In this document: positions 51,901 through 62,522 of the stretch, piece by piece | How the letters are laid out: every line of letters begins with the position of its first letter | Numbering within the stretch: position 1 is the first letter of the stretch | Source of the DNA: Phoronis australis | Taxonomy: Eukaryota; Animalia; Phoronida | Assembly (NCBI GenBank): GCA_002633005.1 | Contig: NMRA01000678.1 | Coordinates: 3,613 to 67,612 of the forward strand | Length of the DNA: 64,000 nucleotides | Direction of reading: 5' to 3' | Notes under the pieces: generated by a model | Told to the model about the DNA's origin: nothing | Seen by the model: the letters and a program-made list of their open reading frames with translations, nothing else | Databases searched by the model: none | Program-made: the position numbers and the translations under genes

Positions 51901-54900
51901 AACGGGAGTATGTCAGTGAAGCAAAGATACAACCATAGGATCACATCTATGTACAGTGTAGTAGTATGATGTCTATGGATGCAACGCGAGCGCCACAATT
52001 TAGTCATATTTATTTTTCATGTTTCGATAGTAATTTCTCGAAAAAAATAGTGTACCCTTACGTCAGACAACTCTTTGGTGCACTGACGTTTTCTATAATG
52101 TATTTGTCTACCTCTCTGTGGTTCATTATTCACACATTTTAATGATTTACTATCCAGGTTGGACTCGAAAGACAAGTCATTTAACTCACGCAATGTCAAC
52201 TTCCGCTTTGATTATAGCAGTGAGTCTCGCTTTGTATTTTAATGTCCGCCTCGTGAATTTTAAGTATGCCCAAGGTGCTCCATTGAAATCGAAACCCGGT
52301 GTAAAACTGATATCCCGGAGTCAAAAACAGACTCCCGCACTTTCAAAGCAGCTAACCAGCCCAAAAAATACAAATCCCGACTTTTAAAACAAGAACCACA
52401 CGGATTGGATAGGACAACCGAAAACCAAAACACCCGGACACTCGCAGTTGAAGTACTCTTTCTGTGGGCAAGAACGGTGAAATTGGTGACGGTGCAGGTC
52501 TTGGGTGAGTAAATCTCGCGGTCCATTTAAAATCCGGTAATTGATTGTGCCGGAAATAACGTACGCTCGATAAATCGACAAACTCTAAAATGCGGCCAGC
52601 TGTAAAGATATTTAAAGTAATTAACCAACATTGGCACTTGAAAGTCGAGCGTTATTTTTGTTTTTCATTCTCGAAAATATTTTGGACAAACTAACCAAAA
52701 ACATTTTGACAGTATTGATAATGTTGATATTCGCCCACAGACAATTTGGACGAGTTTTACGGATAAAAATCAAATAACAAAGTCATTATAACACGAGTTA
52801 CGTTTTATTATTGACAATTTTTAACAAAAAATGAGAAAGGAACTACAAAGTGCTTGAACATGCTTTAACTCGAAGTTTTGAGGCTGCTGACATCGTCTCG
52901 GAAAATTTGAAAAATTCTCCGGGTTTCCTGTCCGATCCCCTGGGCTCGTGCTTTAAAGGTCGGGGGTTGTGTTTTCTCGGGCTGGTTAGCTGTTTTGACG
53001 GCGCGGGAATCTGTTTTCAACTCAATCGGGGATATCTGTTTTTCACCGGGATTCCAATTTCGATGGACACCTTGATACCGGAGTAGTTAAAAGTGAACTT
53101 AAGGTTGCATTTCGACCTATTTAACGGGATAAAAACGAAAATCGTATTGGGTCTTTTACTATGATCATGAAGTAGATCTCATGACATTCCACACCGAGAC
53201 AAAATTACATTTCCTTCACCATCGGAACAGTTTACAACTCAAGAAAACACCTCAGAGTTTATTGTGGCTGGTCAACCCCAAATTGCGAATTCGAAAATGG
53301 CGCGTGTACGCATTGACTGTGACTTAAGATGTTTACGGATATAGAATACTATCACAGTAAGGAATACCACGAGACCATTCTTATCAGAGTAACACACCTA
53401 ATTCGGTTGTCATTTTCTGGCCAGTTCAACAACAGCCTAATGCAGCTGTGTGTTCGCTCATATTTCCCGAAGATCAAGTTCTCGGGAGAACGGGCGGCAG
53501 GGGGCCAACGCATTGAAGGCAATGGCCAAATGAACTTCAACATATTTCAGCGAACGCGAAAATTTTCTTGCACATGTGAACGCCGTGAGCCTACTCGTTG
53601 TATGACAACACCTTTACACGTGTGTAACATTTCAGCGTTTCTAACCAAGGACAAACCTGCCACCAAAAAGCAGGTTCTGTCGGAGTTGCGTTCCCTGATT
53701 GACGAACTTTCTGCTCTCAAACGCTCTCACTACTATGGCATTAAAAGTACTTTGGAAAAGGTAATTTTTTGCATGCTCATGGAATTTTATAGTTGAGTGA
53801 AATGGCACAGATTGGCCAAGCCTTTTTTGTTTTCTTACATACCAATAACATTTATCCTTGCGGTTTGACGAGACAAACATTTTAGCTGTTTGCTTCTCTC
53901 GACTCCGTTTTAATTTTTTATTGTTGATTAATCTGTTCGTACGATATCGGTGTTGACTTCTGGAAATGGACTACTAGTCCACGTTTTAGCTTTTCAAATA
54001 GGCCACTTTGACAGTCTTTATGTGCACTTTTCTTGGAATTCGGTGTACCAGAGAGTGACTTGTTAGCTCTGAAATTTAACAGGCCAATGACAGAGTGAGA
54101 AGAAGCTTTGGAGCAGACGATTTTGCTGAAACGGCCAGAAGTCTGGTTGAGAATGGACGGGAAGGGAACTACGAAAAAGACCTTGGCAAAATTACAGCGA
54201 AGCGTCGCGAGAAAGTATTACGTAAGTAGCGTAAATTTCATCTGCCGTATACATGTAGTATTACATAGGCGGATTTAGGGGGGCCTAGGGTGCCCGGCCC
54301 CCTCCTTGGCTGCCGCAAAAAATAAAACAGCAAGAGCGCAAGGAAATGTTGAGTTTATTAATTAACCCCGGTAATTAAAAACAAGATATAAATGTGTGCA
54401 AATTTAGTGTTTTTTTGGGGGGGGGGGGGGGGGCCNNGGGGGCTCAGATCCAATTTCAAATGTCAAATTCGGAACACGGAGCAATCGTAACGGAATTATG
54501 GCTAAGTATAGGCTCTCCCGCGATATCCCAGGCGACCGGCAGTGGCGCTGCGCACTACAACTCCGTTTCCGTCGTCTGCTCCAGTGTGCAATGAAGAAAA
54601 TTACTTCATTTTTTAAAGAAAATGGAATCTGAGTGACGTGAAAAAAACAGAAGCTGCTGGTAAGATGTGAATTTTAATCGAAGCGTTAGTGAGTCACTCA
54701 GAAACTCATAATTTTCTATTTGTCAAGCCTTTACTTAAGACGATTTCCAAAGCAATCGCGTCATTATTGCCAACACAAAAAACGGATTTGGTCTTTTGGG
54801 CAATTGACGACTATTTTAAATACATAAAATTTGTTACGAATTGATTGCACAAAATATAAAACGTATAATAAGCATTACAAAAAGAAGTAGGTTTCGCGCG

Positions 54901-57900
54901 CAAACGCTGTGGACCCCAAACAAGTAGGTCTCTTAGTAACAAAGTAGGTGATAAGTCGTGGTGGTGCAGTGGTAAAGCACGCGCGCTTTATCCGCCATGT
55001 CGTGAGTTCGAGTCTGCGATAATTCCGGTATTTCCTATAAGACACGTTCTCCGTGTTTCTTTTGTTTTTTTGTCTTGTTTTCTTGGACTATGCTTCAGGA
55101 ATGAAGGAAAATGCTTGATTTTTAAAGGAAAAAACAAAAAAATTTCCTGGGCCTCCCCCCATTCGGTGCTATGCGCATCTACAATCGTGCTTTGCGCAAA
55201 TGTTTACAGACAAAATTTTTGCCCCCCCTTGTGATATCCTAGATCCGCCACTGTATTACCAGTTATTTGAGAAGTCGTTCCAAGAGTCATCGAGAGAAAT
55301 CTAAAACCGCGTCACGTGGAATGGGGCAAGCTGTACCGTGTATGACTCCGGAGATAGCCAGTCGTTGTGTGGACGCAGTAGAATTGTAGAATGGACCCAG
55401 TGACGTATCGACAGTACTATCCAATAAAGTGCGCGATGACTGCTCTCAGTCCACAGCGCAACTTAGAAGTAAGCGCTAATTGAGTACGTTTAGCACCAGT
55501 AGCGGATTTAGAGGGGCCAAGGGGGTTATAGCCCCCCTAAAATTCTCCCAGATTCCATTTGGAAGTTCAGGGGTGCGAATGTCTGATGGGCAAAATCCTG
55601 GCTAATACTCTGCCCTGCCACCCTAACTCAGAATCTTGGATCCGCCCCTGAGCACGTCAATTCAAACCATCCGTAATGGGCAATACAGACGTAACCAACT
55701 TTCTAAATCGAAAGTTCAGCGTAGTTTAATGCCTGAGCATTCGTTAAGCTTCATCAACTTTGCACTTTACTGGGTAATGAACGGTAAACATGAGACTCAA
55801 AATAAAAACACCAGATCCTGGTGTTTAGTCTTTTTACTCGTTCTCCTTTGGTACGAAATCTAGTAGTGTCCGTCATTATTCCGTGCTCGAGTATATCACG
55901 GTTTACTTGGCTGGCTGTTTAATCCTGGTGCGCACTTGGTAACAACAGCGTTAAAAGTAGTTCGTTCGAGACTGATTAACTTTCATACCCCTACAGCATT
56001 GCGCGGGGGGTGGTTCGGATTTTTTGAAGGGCAGACCATTGCAAAGGTCGACACTGGTTTTCGGTAAGGCTCTCAATGCAGCTTAATTAGGGGGAAGGCA
56101 AATCTGATTACACAACGATATCTGAGCTTTATGTTCCTGAGATGAGACGGAACTCATAATAGCAGTAATGGGGACGCCATGGCGGTTGCTGGCAAAGAAC
56201 GGGACTCAAATTCGGATGTAATGTGGTCCAGAAGGAGAACGTTCTCGCGTTATCCGGTCCTGTGCCAAGTTCTCAAATCTTGCGTGCTTAAATGAGTGAT
56301 TAAAGCTCATTACATAATCGGACGCAAATATTTAGCCGGAGAAACACTAAACGAATTTTGTTTATCTGGTTGTATTATGCGTGTTACTCAAGATGCTACA
56401 TCGAAACAACCCACTATTCCGAAGGTTCACTACTCTGTAAAGGTTCATTGCTCCGAAAATATCTAAACTTTAGGCTCATTTGTAATTTCATACTTGTTCA
56501 TGCAAAAATGAACGATACTTCGGTCATTAGGTGCACTGAGTGATGTACAAAGTCCCTGGCTACGGAACTGCTTTACTTGAGTGTGTGAGAACAAGCTAGG
56601 ACTAAATACTCATCTGCATAAGCAACAAAATACTCGGGCACAGAATAATAAACACTTATTTTGAGTGCGTTTTAAACTAGAACAGAAAATGTTAAAAATA
56701 GCTCCGAGTTCAATTTCGGAGATGACCCCGGGCCCCGAGGTCCTTTAAAATGACATCGGCCGACTGCACCATAAAAGGAGATAGTTTCATCTGACGATTA
56801 ATTACTGCTATTTTCTAAAGTGGAACTCTCTTTTTCAGCTGCCACACCTGAACTTATCAACAAGGCTACTAGCGCCTTGGTTAAGTCATGGCCTCGATTG
56901 GAGAAAGTCTTTGACGACGCTAATACAGATATCGAGGAATTGAACGCCAAAAGTCACCCAACCAGTACGTTAATGCCTTGTTTTAATTTTAAGTTATGAA
57001 TATTTTACTTTCAAGTAGCTTACAACTTTCCTACAAGTATTAAATGTTAAAAATCTTGATTGATATATTTCAACAATCTCTAAGGTTTGTGGTGTGGATT
57101 ATGCTTGGGAACCCAGAAGCCACTGTGAGAATTTTTCAGAACTTTTGAATTCGGCAGTACATGATCGACCTGTTCTCTTCCACGCAGCATGTAGCGGGGT
57201 ACTGTTCATAACTTAAAAACCCTGACCGACGGCAACTGGGAAACTACAACATATCGGATCAACACCAGGTGATGAAAACACTTTGGATGACGTCGTAACG
57301 GGGTCCTCTTTGGTCTATCCATCATGTACCGCTCAAAGGGGGTCTGGTGATTTAGAATCGACTGCTGCTTTTTACATGTTTGTGCAATTGTGATGATTAC
57401 GTCAATTGTCACTCTAGTTCCTGATTTTTCGTGTTAGTTTCTTTCACATCGAAGGGCCAGTCGAGTTACTTCTCGCAGAGGAACTCTTGGAGGTTCAAGA
57501 CGATTGTCCCCTGCGCTACCTGTATATCCGGTACTGAGATGAGATATGGAGAGCTTGGAGCGACTCGTTCGCGTAGTCGGTACAACCCATTTGATTTAGT
57601 CCAGAACAGAAGCACGAACTTTAAAATTAGCTTGTAAGTAAATAACGACATATCTATCCAATCCAACGTTTCGGTTTATTTCATTAAACCATTCTCAAGG
57701 AAACAGTTACAAACACAAAACAAGCGACACAGGTAGAGAAGAGACTGTACAGGTATACATCAAAATGCATTGTGAGGGGGAGAGACCAGAAATCAAACCA
57801 GTTGGAGCTCAAATGAACCAATGTTTCTATTGAGGTAACGCTCAGCATGATTCAACCGTATATGCATAGCCTCCTTTATGAGGAGCCTCAGGGTGGCATT

Positions 57901-59945
57901 ATCCTTGTCTAGGAGCTGAACACCAGAGCAATCTACAGTGTGACCAGTTGTCAAGGAATGATTGAGAACATTGGAATGACGAACAAGATTCTTAGCATTA
58001 GAGTAAAAGAACACTGTAAAGACACACACAGTGCTTGACAATTGGTCACACTATAGATTGCTCTGGTGTTCAGATCCCAAACAAGGATAATGCCACCCTG
58101 AGCCTCCTCATAAAGGAGGCCATGTATATACGGTTGAATCATGCTGAGCGCTACCTCAACAGAAACATTGGTTCATTTGAGCTCCAACTGTTTTGATTTC
58201 TGATCTCTCCCCCTTACAATGCATTTTGATGTCTCTTCTCTACCTGTGTCGCTAGTTTTGTGTTTGTAACTGTTTCCTTGAGAAAGGTTTAATGAACTAA
58301 ACCGAAACGTTGGATTAGATAGATATGTCGTTATTTACTTACGCGCTAATTTTAAAGTCCTTGTTGCAAACTGCCCATGTGGTTCTAGTATCCGAAAATA
58401 CTTACTACATAAATCCTTATTTTCGACACCCTTTCTTTATATTCTTTTCGCCTTTCTTGCCAAAAGCGATTTTTTAACAGTATTTGACCCTTCTCCGTGA
58501 GCGTATAATTACAGGCTGTCATCGGTTATTTCCGTACCCACATTTCCGGCTCATCAGTTCAGGAACTTGTCCTGAACGCCGCCATTTTTTCCTTGTAACT
58601 GAATGTGCTATGGCTTGCTCGAAAAGTCTTCATTATTTTGTTTTATTAGTAATATATCGTGATTCGTTTGCATATGTAGTGTATTTATAGTTTGTAGTTA
58701 GTGGTCGTTGATTTTTTTGGAATGTTACGCGTACTTAGTATGTTAAAATAGCATTGGNNNNNNNNNNNNNNNNNNNNNNNNNNNNNNNNNNNNNNNNNNN
58801 NNNNNNNNNNNNNNNNNNNNNNNNNNNNNNNNNNNNNNNNNNNNNNNNNNNNNNNNNNNNNNNNNNNNNNNNNNNNNNNNNNNNNNNNNNNNNNNNNNNN
58901 NNNNNNNNNNNNNNNNNNNNNNNNNNNNNNNNNNNNNNNNNNNNNNNNNNNNNNNNNNNNNNNNNNNNNNNNNNNNNNNNNNNNNNNNNNNNNNNNNNNN
59001 NNNNNNNNNNNNNNNNNNNNNNNNNNNNNNNNNNNNNNNNNNNNNNNNNNNNNNNNNNNNNNNNNNNNNNNNNNNNNNNNNNNNNNNNNNNNNNNNNNNN
59101 NNNNNNNNNNNNNNNNNNNNNNNNNNNNNNNNNNNNNNNNNNNNNNNNNNNNNNNNNNNNNNNNNNNNNNNNNNNNNNNNNNNNNNNNNNNNNNNNNNNN
59201 NNNNNNNNNNNNNNNNNNNNNNNNNNNNNNNNNNNNNNNNNNNNNNNNNNNNNNNNNNNNNNNNNNNNNNNNNNNNNNNNNNNNNNNNNNNNNNNNNNNN
59301 NNNNNNNNNNNNNNNNNNNNNNNNNNNNNNNNNNNNNNNNNNNNNNNNNNNNNNNNNNNNNNNNNNNNNNNNNNNNNNNNNNNNNNNNNNGCTCCAGTCG
59401 CACTGACGGCGTTTTCTCGGCCTGGGTTCCTGAATGAATTGTACTTCCGGGTTCGCGGCAAGTTCAAAATGGCGGTGTTTCTTCGGGTGCGAATCGTGAG
59501 TGGCGCGTTCATTTAAACTGTTTTCGAGTACGGATCGTGTATTAGTTATGGGGTAGGTACTTCTTGGATCCTTATAACATCTTCTAACCATGTAATAAGG
59601 GTTAACAACGCGTGAGACAAGGACTTTAAAGTTTGTGCTTCGGCACAACTCAGTTTTAGGGATCCTACAAATAAAAGCACAAGGCGTACGAACTCTTGGA
59701 ACACAGGTTCCTTAAAACTGACTATTTGAAGTGATCCTTAAAATGGTTAATCATAATGCAAATGTATTATTGATTTCTAAACTGCGACGTACAATAACTA
59801 CTTCGACCATCAAATTGTGTCTTTCCAGAGAACGATGACATTGAGGTAGTCCAAGGATTTTTGAAGGCTATGCAGACCAGAAATGACCCGGCATATGCGG
59901 CATACTTACTATATAGAGAAATGATGCACAGAGTCAAGACTGCCG
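36886..59945 (+). CDS. Unrecognised secreted tandem-repeat (polyprotein-like) gene, 11 exons in window, 3' end beyond window
   Basis: Exons 36886-36933, 37476-37584, 39488-39613, 45504-45620, 47376-47459, 47955-48068, 50292-50405, 53636-53760, 54083-54221, 56839-56964 and 59829-59945 splice into one open frame (1219 nt, 406 codons). All introns are GT-AG except one GC-AG. N-terminus MKLSLVAFCLVGAVALCSA-RP looks like a signal peptide. Confidence 0.8.
37476..37584 (+). CDS. Exon 2 (F): CSARPDPSNEHSVVATVRSAIEEVREEYRSEKTENS
   Basis: cttgcag| and |gtaagt, phase 0-1. Confidence 0.75.
38170..38540. repeat. Palindromic repeat element related to about 16020-16230
   Basis: gaagtaatatcccac(g/a)aga occurs in both orientations, forming a hairpin at 38178-38278; the same family lies in reverse near 16.1 kb. 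Confidence 0.6.
39488..39613 (+). CDS. Exon G1 (repeat unit 1 start): PATPELINSAVSASLKSWPRLKKVFDEVKTNIEELFSKTAPT
   Basis: ctttcag| and |gtacgt, 126 nt, phase 1-1; paralog at 56839-56964. Confidence 0.82.
41443..41752. mobile_element. hAT-like MITE with 5-bp TSD (AAAAT)
   Basis: AAAAT|CATAGGCGGATTTAG ... CTAGATCAGCCACTG|AAAAT. Confidence 0.7.
43454..43532 (-). mobile_element. tRNA-derived SINE head (degenerate second copy at about 43128-43185)
   Basis: Minus strand A-box-like AAGCTCAGCGG and B-box-like GGTTCGTATCC, without a complete cloverleaf. Confidence 0.45.
44349..44877 (+). mobile_element. Kolobok-type MITE, family C copy 2
   Basis: TTAA|AGAGCCATGGAA ... TTCAGACCCCT|TTGA; homologous to 15212-15722. 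Confidence 0.7.
45504..45620 (+). CDS. Exon H1: KNDEIEVVEGLLKAMQTRDDEAYVAYLLYREMLHRVKTA
   Basis: ttttcag| and |gtaagt, 117 nt, phase 1-1; paralog at 59829-59945. Confidence 0.82.
46130..46510 (+). mobile_element. 3' end of a non-LTR retrotransposon (RTE-X/CR1-group C-terminal zinc finger)
   Basis: FRCSSHSLMIE..GRH ... PLCPNVVEDEYHFRLSCDKYSELRENYIEVYYW..YKFIRLL followed by an (ATTG)n tail. Confidence 0.7.
47376..47459 (+). CDS. Exon A2: GFSWEVYNNRLWRLIFVVAPQMQKTGGK
   Basis: ttttcag| and |gtaagt, 84 nt, phase 1-1; paralog at 25389-25472. Confidence 0.82.
47955..48068 (+). CDS. Exon B2: MPDGEELIKALQADVKGIRDEINWITQEVTSKLPQLKK (GC donor)
   Basis: aacag| acceptor, AAG|gcaagc donor, 114 nt; paralog at 25875-25988 has the same donor. 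Confidence 0.78.
49667..50064. mobile_element. Tc1/pogo-type MITE
   Basis: TA|CCGGGAATTTCTGTAGATAAGCCC ... GGGCTTATCTGCGGAAAACCCCGG; absent from the paralogous intron at about 26300 (empty site). Confidence 0.7.
50292..50405 (+). CDS. Exon C2: DDLPPPVEVFKEIAVMEYVTDKISIDIYNLSRSVVALN
   Basis: ctttgtag| and |gtaagt, 114 nt, phase 1-1; paralog at 26553-26666. Confidence 0.8.
51990..52255 (+). repeat. Dispersed repeat shared with about 42475-42740
   Basis: cgcc.caattt.gtcata..cgtcagacaact.tttggtgca..caggttggactc..catttaactcacgcaatgt occurs at both loci. Confidence 0.7.
52271..53074. mobile_element. Non-autonomous DNA transposon with about 150-bp imperfect terminal inverted repeats
   Basis: CAAGGTGCTCCATTGAAAT...GCAGCTAACCAGCCC versus GGGCTGGTTAGCTG...ATTTCGATGGACACCTTG. 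Confidence 0.7.
53636..53760 (+). CDS. Exon D2: AFLTKDKPATKKQVLSELRSLIDELSALKRSHYYGIKSTLEK
   Basis: atttcag| and AAG|gtaatt, 125 nt, phase 1-0; paralog at 27756-27889 differs by an in-frame 9-nt indel. Confidence 0.82.
54083..54221 (+). CDS. Linker exon E2: ANDRVRRSFGADDFAETARSLVENGREGNYEKDLGKITAKRREKVL
   Basis: taacag| and |gtaagt, 139 nt, phase 0-1; bridges D2 to G2 in frame and contains RVRR and KRR. Confidence 0.75.
54264..55253. mobile_element. hAT-like element with 5-bp TSD (TATTA), containing a tRNA-like head at about 54956-55018
   Basis: TATTA|CATAGGCGGATTTAG ... CTAGATCCGCCACTG|TATTA; internal TGGTGCAGTGG and GAGTTCGAGTC Pol III box-like motifs; absent from the homologous intron at about 37615. 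Confidence 0.75.
55497..55650. mobile_element. hAT-like MITE with 5-bp TSD (AGCAC)
   Basis: AGCAC|CAGTAGCGGATTTAG ... GGATCCGCCCCTG|AGCAC; empty site at about 37920. Confidence 0.78.
56839..56964 (+). CDS. Exon G2 (repeat unit 2 start): PATPELINKATSALVKSWPRLEKVFDDANTDIEELNAKSHPT
   Basis: tttttcag| and |gtacgt, 126 nt, phase 1-1. Confidence 0.82.
57611..58355. mobile_element. Penelope-like element remnant as an inverted (foldback) pLTR pair
   Basis: Arms at about 57611-57955 and 58035-58355 are reverse complements. GIY-YIG residues on minus (HTVDCSGVQLLDKD..LRLLIKEAMHI..LNRN) and in the spacer on plus (IGMTNKILSIRVKEH). The right arm finishes at about 59630-59638, after a Kolobok insertion. 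Confidence 0.85.
58356..59625 (+). mobile_element. Kolobok family A copy 3 (spans assembly gap)
   Basis: TTAA|AGTCCTTGTTGCA ... TGAGACAAGGACT|TTAA; ends match 6250-7901. Confidence 0.85.
58758..59390. other. Assembly gap (N run)
   Basis: Continuous Ns inside a multicopy repeat. Confidence 0.99.
59829..59945 (+). CDS. Exon H2: KNDDIEVVQGFLKAMQTRNDPAYAAYLLYREMMHRVKTA
   Basis: tttccag| and |gtaagt, 117 nt, phase 1-1. Confidence 0.82.
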
Positions 59946-60833
59946 GTAAGTTTCACATCTGTATATGCTGCATCTAACCTCTGTCATTGCCTTCAGTCCA
60001 GGCTATACTAGAATTAGAGTCTGATGTTCAACTTGAAAACGAAGTCATTTGGTAAACTAAGCTAGGGTCTGATTTGTGTGCGTATTTCAACTTCATATAT
60101 TGTCTCTTACTTTTGTATTTTTTCTGAAACATACTTATTCAATTGCTACACATTGAATGAAATTGCACGCATTTCATTTTGGATGATCTCGATGAGATAC
60201 GAAAATAGAAGTACCATTGTTCTGTAAACCAAAACGAAGCGTTCTGCCCGAGTGCCATTTTGAGCAGTGATGGGCATGGTGACCTCAATCCGTATTTATC
60301 ATCAGGGATCCGTTTCATTAAAGTGATTCGTCTTACACTCCTACTTCACACTAAGTGGACAAAGGATTAGCCATGTAATTATGAGAGTATCACAGTCTAG
60401 TAATGAACTATAGGAATCATTTCAATATCTAGCAATTATTCATATATTCTTAGAGACATTGCACTTTTGCTCAGGTGAGCTTTAATTATTCTTAGAAACA
60501 TTTTCTTGGAACATAAGACAAAATTCCTGTCTTAAGTCACTCCTCGTTGGAGATACCCCTGCAATATGACTATATTATGCCGGTCAGGTTGTCAAAGCGT
60601 GTATTTCTATTCATCTGACTTAAATACACCAGTTGACCGTACCCTGGGTTGACTAACAATTATGCACCAACTGAAAAATGCCAGAGTTGAACACACGACT
60701 GTTAATAGGGGTGGCCTAGTCTCGCATCCGACCCTGGAGTCTGGTGTACACCTCGGAATCGATGCCATTTGGTCAGGTTTTTGCCATTCTAAGCTACGAT
60801 CTGATTTGTTTGTGCATGTCAACATTCCTTTGA

Positions 60834-62522
60834 AGGAGAATGCCACCCGATTTAATTAGTCTTTTTACTGTCTTAATCGGTCTATATCCACATCGCCTCG
60901 CTCACGGTCAACCTTACCTTGCCAAGAGGTGTCGCGTTAACCTGTGAGGAAGGTGAGAAACAACGCAGCGACGTCACTTGTTCATTTGCAGAATGAATGC
61001 CGCTATGTTGCGGTGCATCTTTCCCGCTTGTCCGAACTATGCGGCTGTGAGGAAAGCAGGTACATCGTCTTTTCGACTTCCTCGAGAGCCCCAAATGCTT
61101 AGGAGATGGCTGAAAAATGAAACGTACGCTGTTAATACCAAGTATGAGGCCGTGAGACATCTCCATGTCTGTGGTCGGCAGTCGTCGACAGTGAGTCTGC
61201 TGAATGCCGGCATACCAAAGAACTATCCATACGTTCCGTTGTCTGTGCATGTTCACGGCGCGTCTCTAGTATTTCTTGGTCGCTGTATTCCGGTTCGAAC
61301 TGAGAGCCTGTGAAACTTAACGATCTACCTGCGAAGTCTTCGTCGGATGAACTCTCGTCTAGAACTCGGGATTCTGTTGACGTTCTGCGTTCTGTTTCAA
61401 ATTGAAATATTCCCGCCCTAACCAATGCTTATATAAAACTGAACAAAGTCGGTCTCATTAGATACAATTTGTAATGCCTTTGGAGTATTCGTGAGTGCAA
61501 ATATTTTGCGAAGCCAGCAATGAATAAACCGCTGCGTTACCGGCTTCGCGTGCAATAAAGGTAATTGACCGGGCACCGAGGCCGTGTTAGCGCATGCTAA
61601 ATCAGTGTTTGCTGACAGAAACTGTTGTGAAACAAAACCTCGATTTTCCATCCCACGGCCAGGTATTAGGGGAATCTTTATATTTACATATACATTATTC
61701 AAATAATGATTGTCAATAGACAACTTCTGTCCTGACGATTTAGTGGCAGGCAAAGGGGAACCTGAATACGCGGCCCCCGACGAGTAAGTAGATTTGCAGT
61801 TTCGTGGCTAATTCACCAACATAATCACGTGCACATTACATGTACTTCTTTGGCTCAGTAGTATAGTGTTTTCTTGACTGGAAGTTTAGTTTCCAACTTT
61901 GGCTGGTTTTTGTTTGTGATGTCTTCAGTCTGGCTGCGACAGGCCCAGTGGGTTCCGAGCAACTGACCGGGATAACGAGTCAGTCCGGCCGCGATGGGCC
62001 TGATCGGGTTCCGAGCCACTAACTGGGATAACAAGCCTTTTGTTTGTTAAGAACTCAAAAAATCACAAGTCTAAACAACACAGATCTAGGTTCTCCTGTC
62101 TGTATTTCATGGAAGAATACTTCGAATTTATTTTCGAACAGACCCCAAACTCATGCTACGGTCCTTGGTAAATTGGCCTGCCGAACTTTGTAGGCTACGG
62201 TGTGCCCAAATACCAATAAATTCGTAACAGCGAAATAAAACAACACGTTTTTATAGGAACTCGGTGTATTTTAAGGGTTTTACATCGAAGTTTGATGATT
62301 TATTGGTGTTAAACGATGAATTAAAACGATAAGCTGACACCAGTAACCCGTGTTGTGAACTGCTGAACAGACTGCGCGTGAAACCAATGACGTCATTGGA
62401 TAATTTCAACACCTCCGTCTGCTGTCAGGTGTCAGGTAACGCAACCGAACGTGCTGTTATCGAGTAGAACTACTCGATCTAAATTGATACAAAATAGGTT
62501 GTTTTTTGGGTGGCATGTTCCT
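60834..62522 (+). mobile_element. Kolobok family B copy with THAP and KolX N-terminal remnants
   Basis: AGGAGAATGCCACCC ... GGGTGGCATGTTCCT|TTAA. Plus ORF MLRCIFPACPNY..FRLPR..LRRW..LHVCGR is THAP-like; minus ORF ..QFEPEYSDQE.. is KolX N-terminus-like. Confidence 0.82.

Noticed and set aside
54956-55018. Possible tRNA gene
   Set aside because: A and B boxes are present but acceptor and anticodon stems do not pair convincingly, and it sits inside a transposon; treated as a SINE-like head.
57200-57610. Possible Gypsy integrase remnant on minus (SNGL..ER, HQTPFE..R..RTPL)
   Set aside because: Only two short motif resemblances in different frames; not enough without a profile search.
58685-59648. 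Long ORFs of 222-301 aa
   Set aside because: Artefacts of translating through the N gap.
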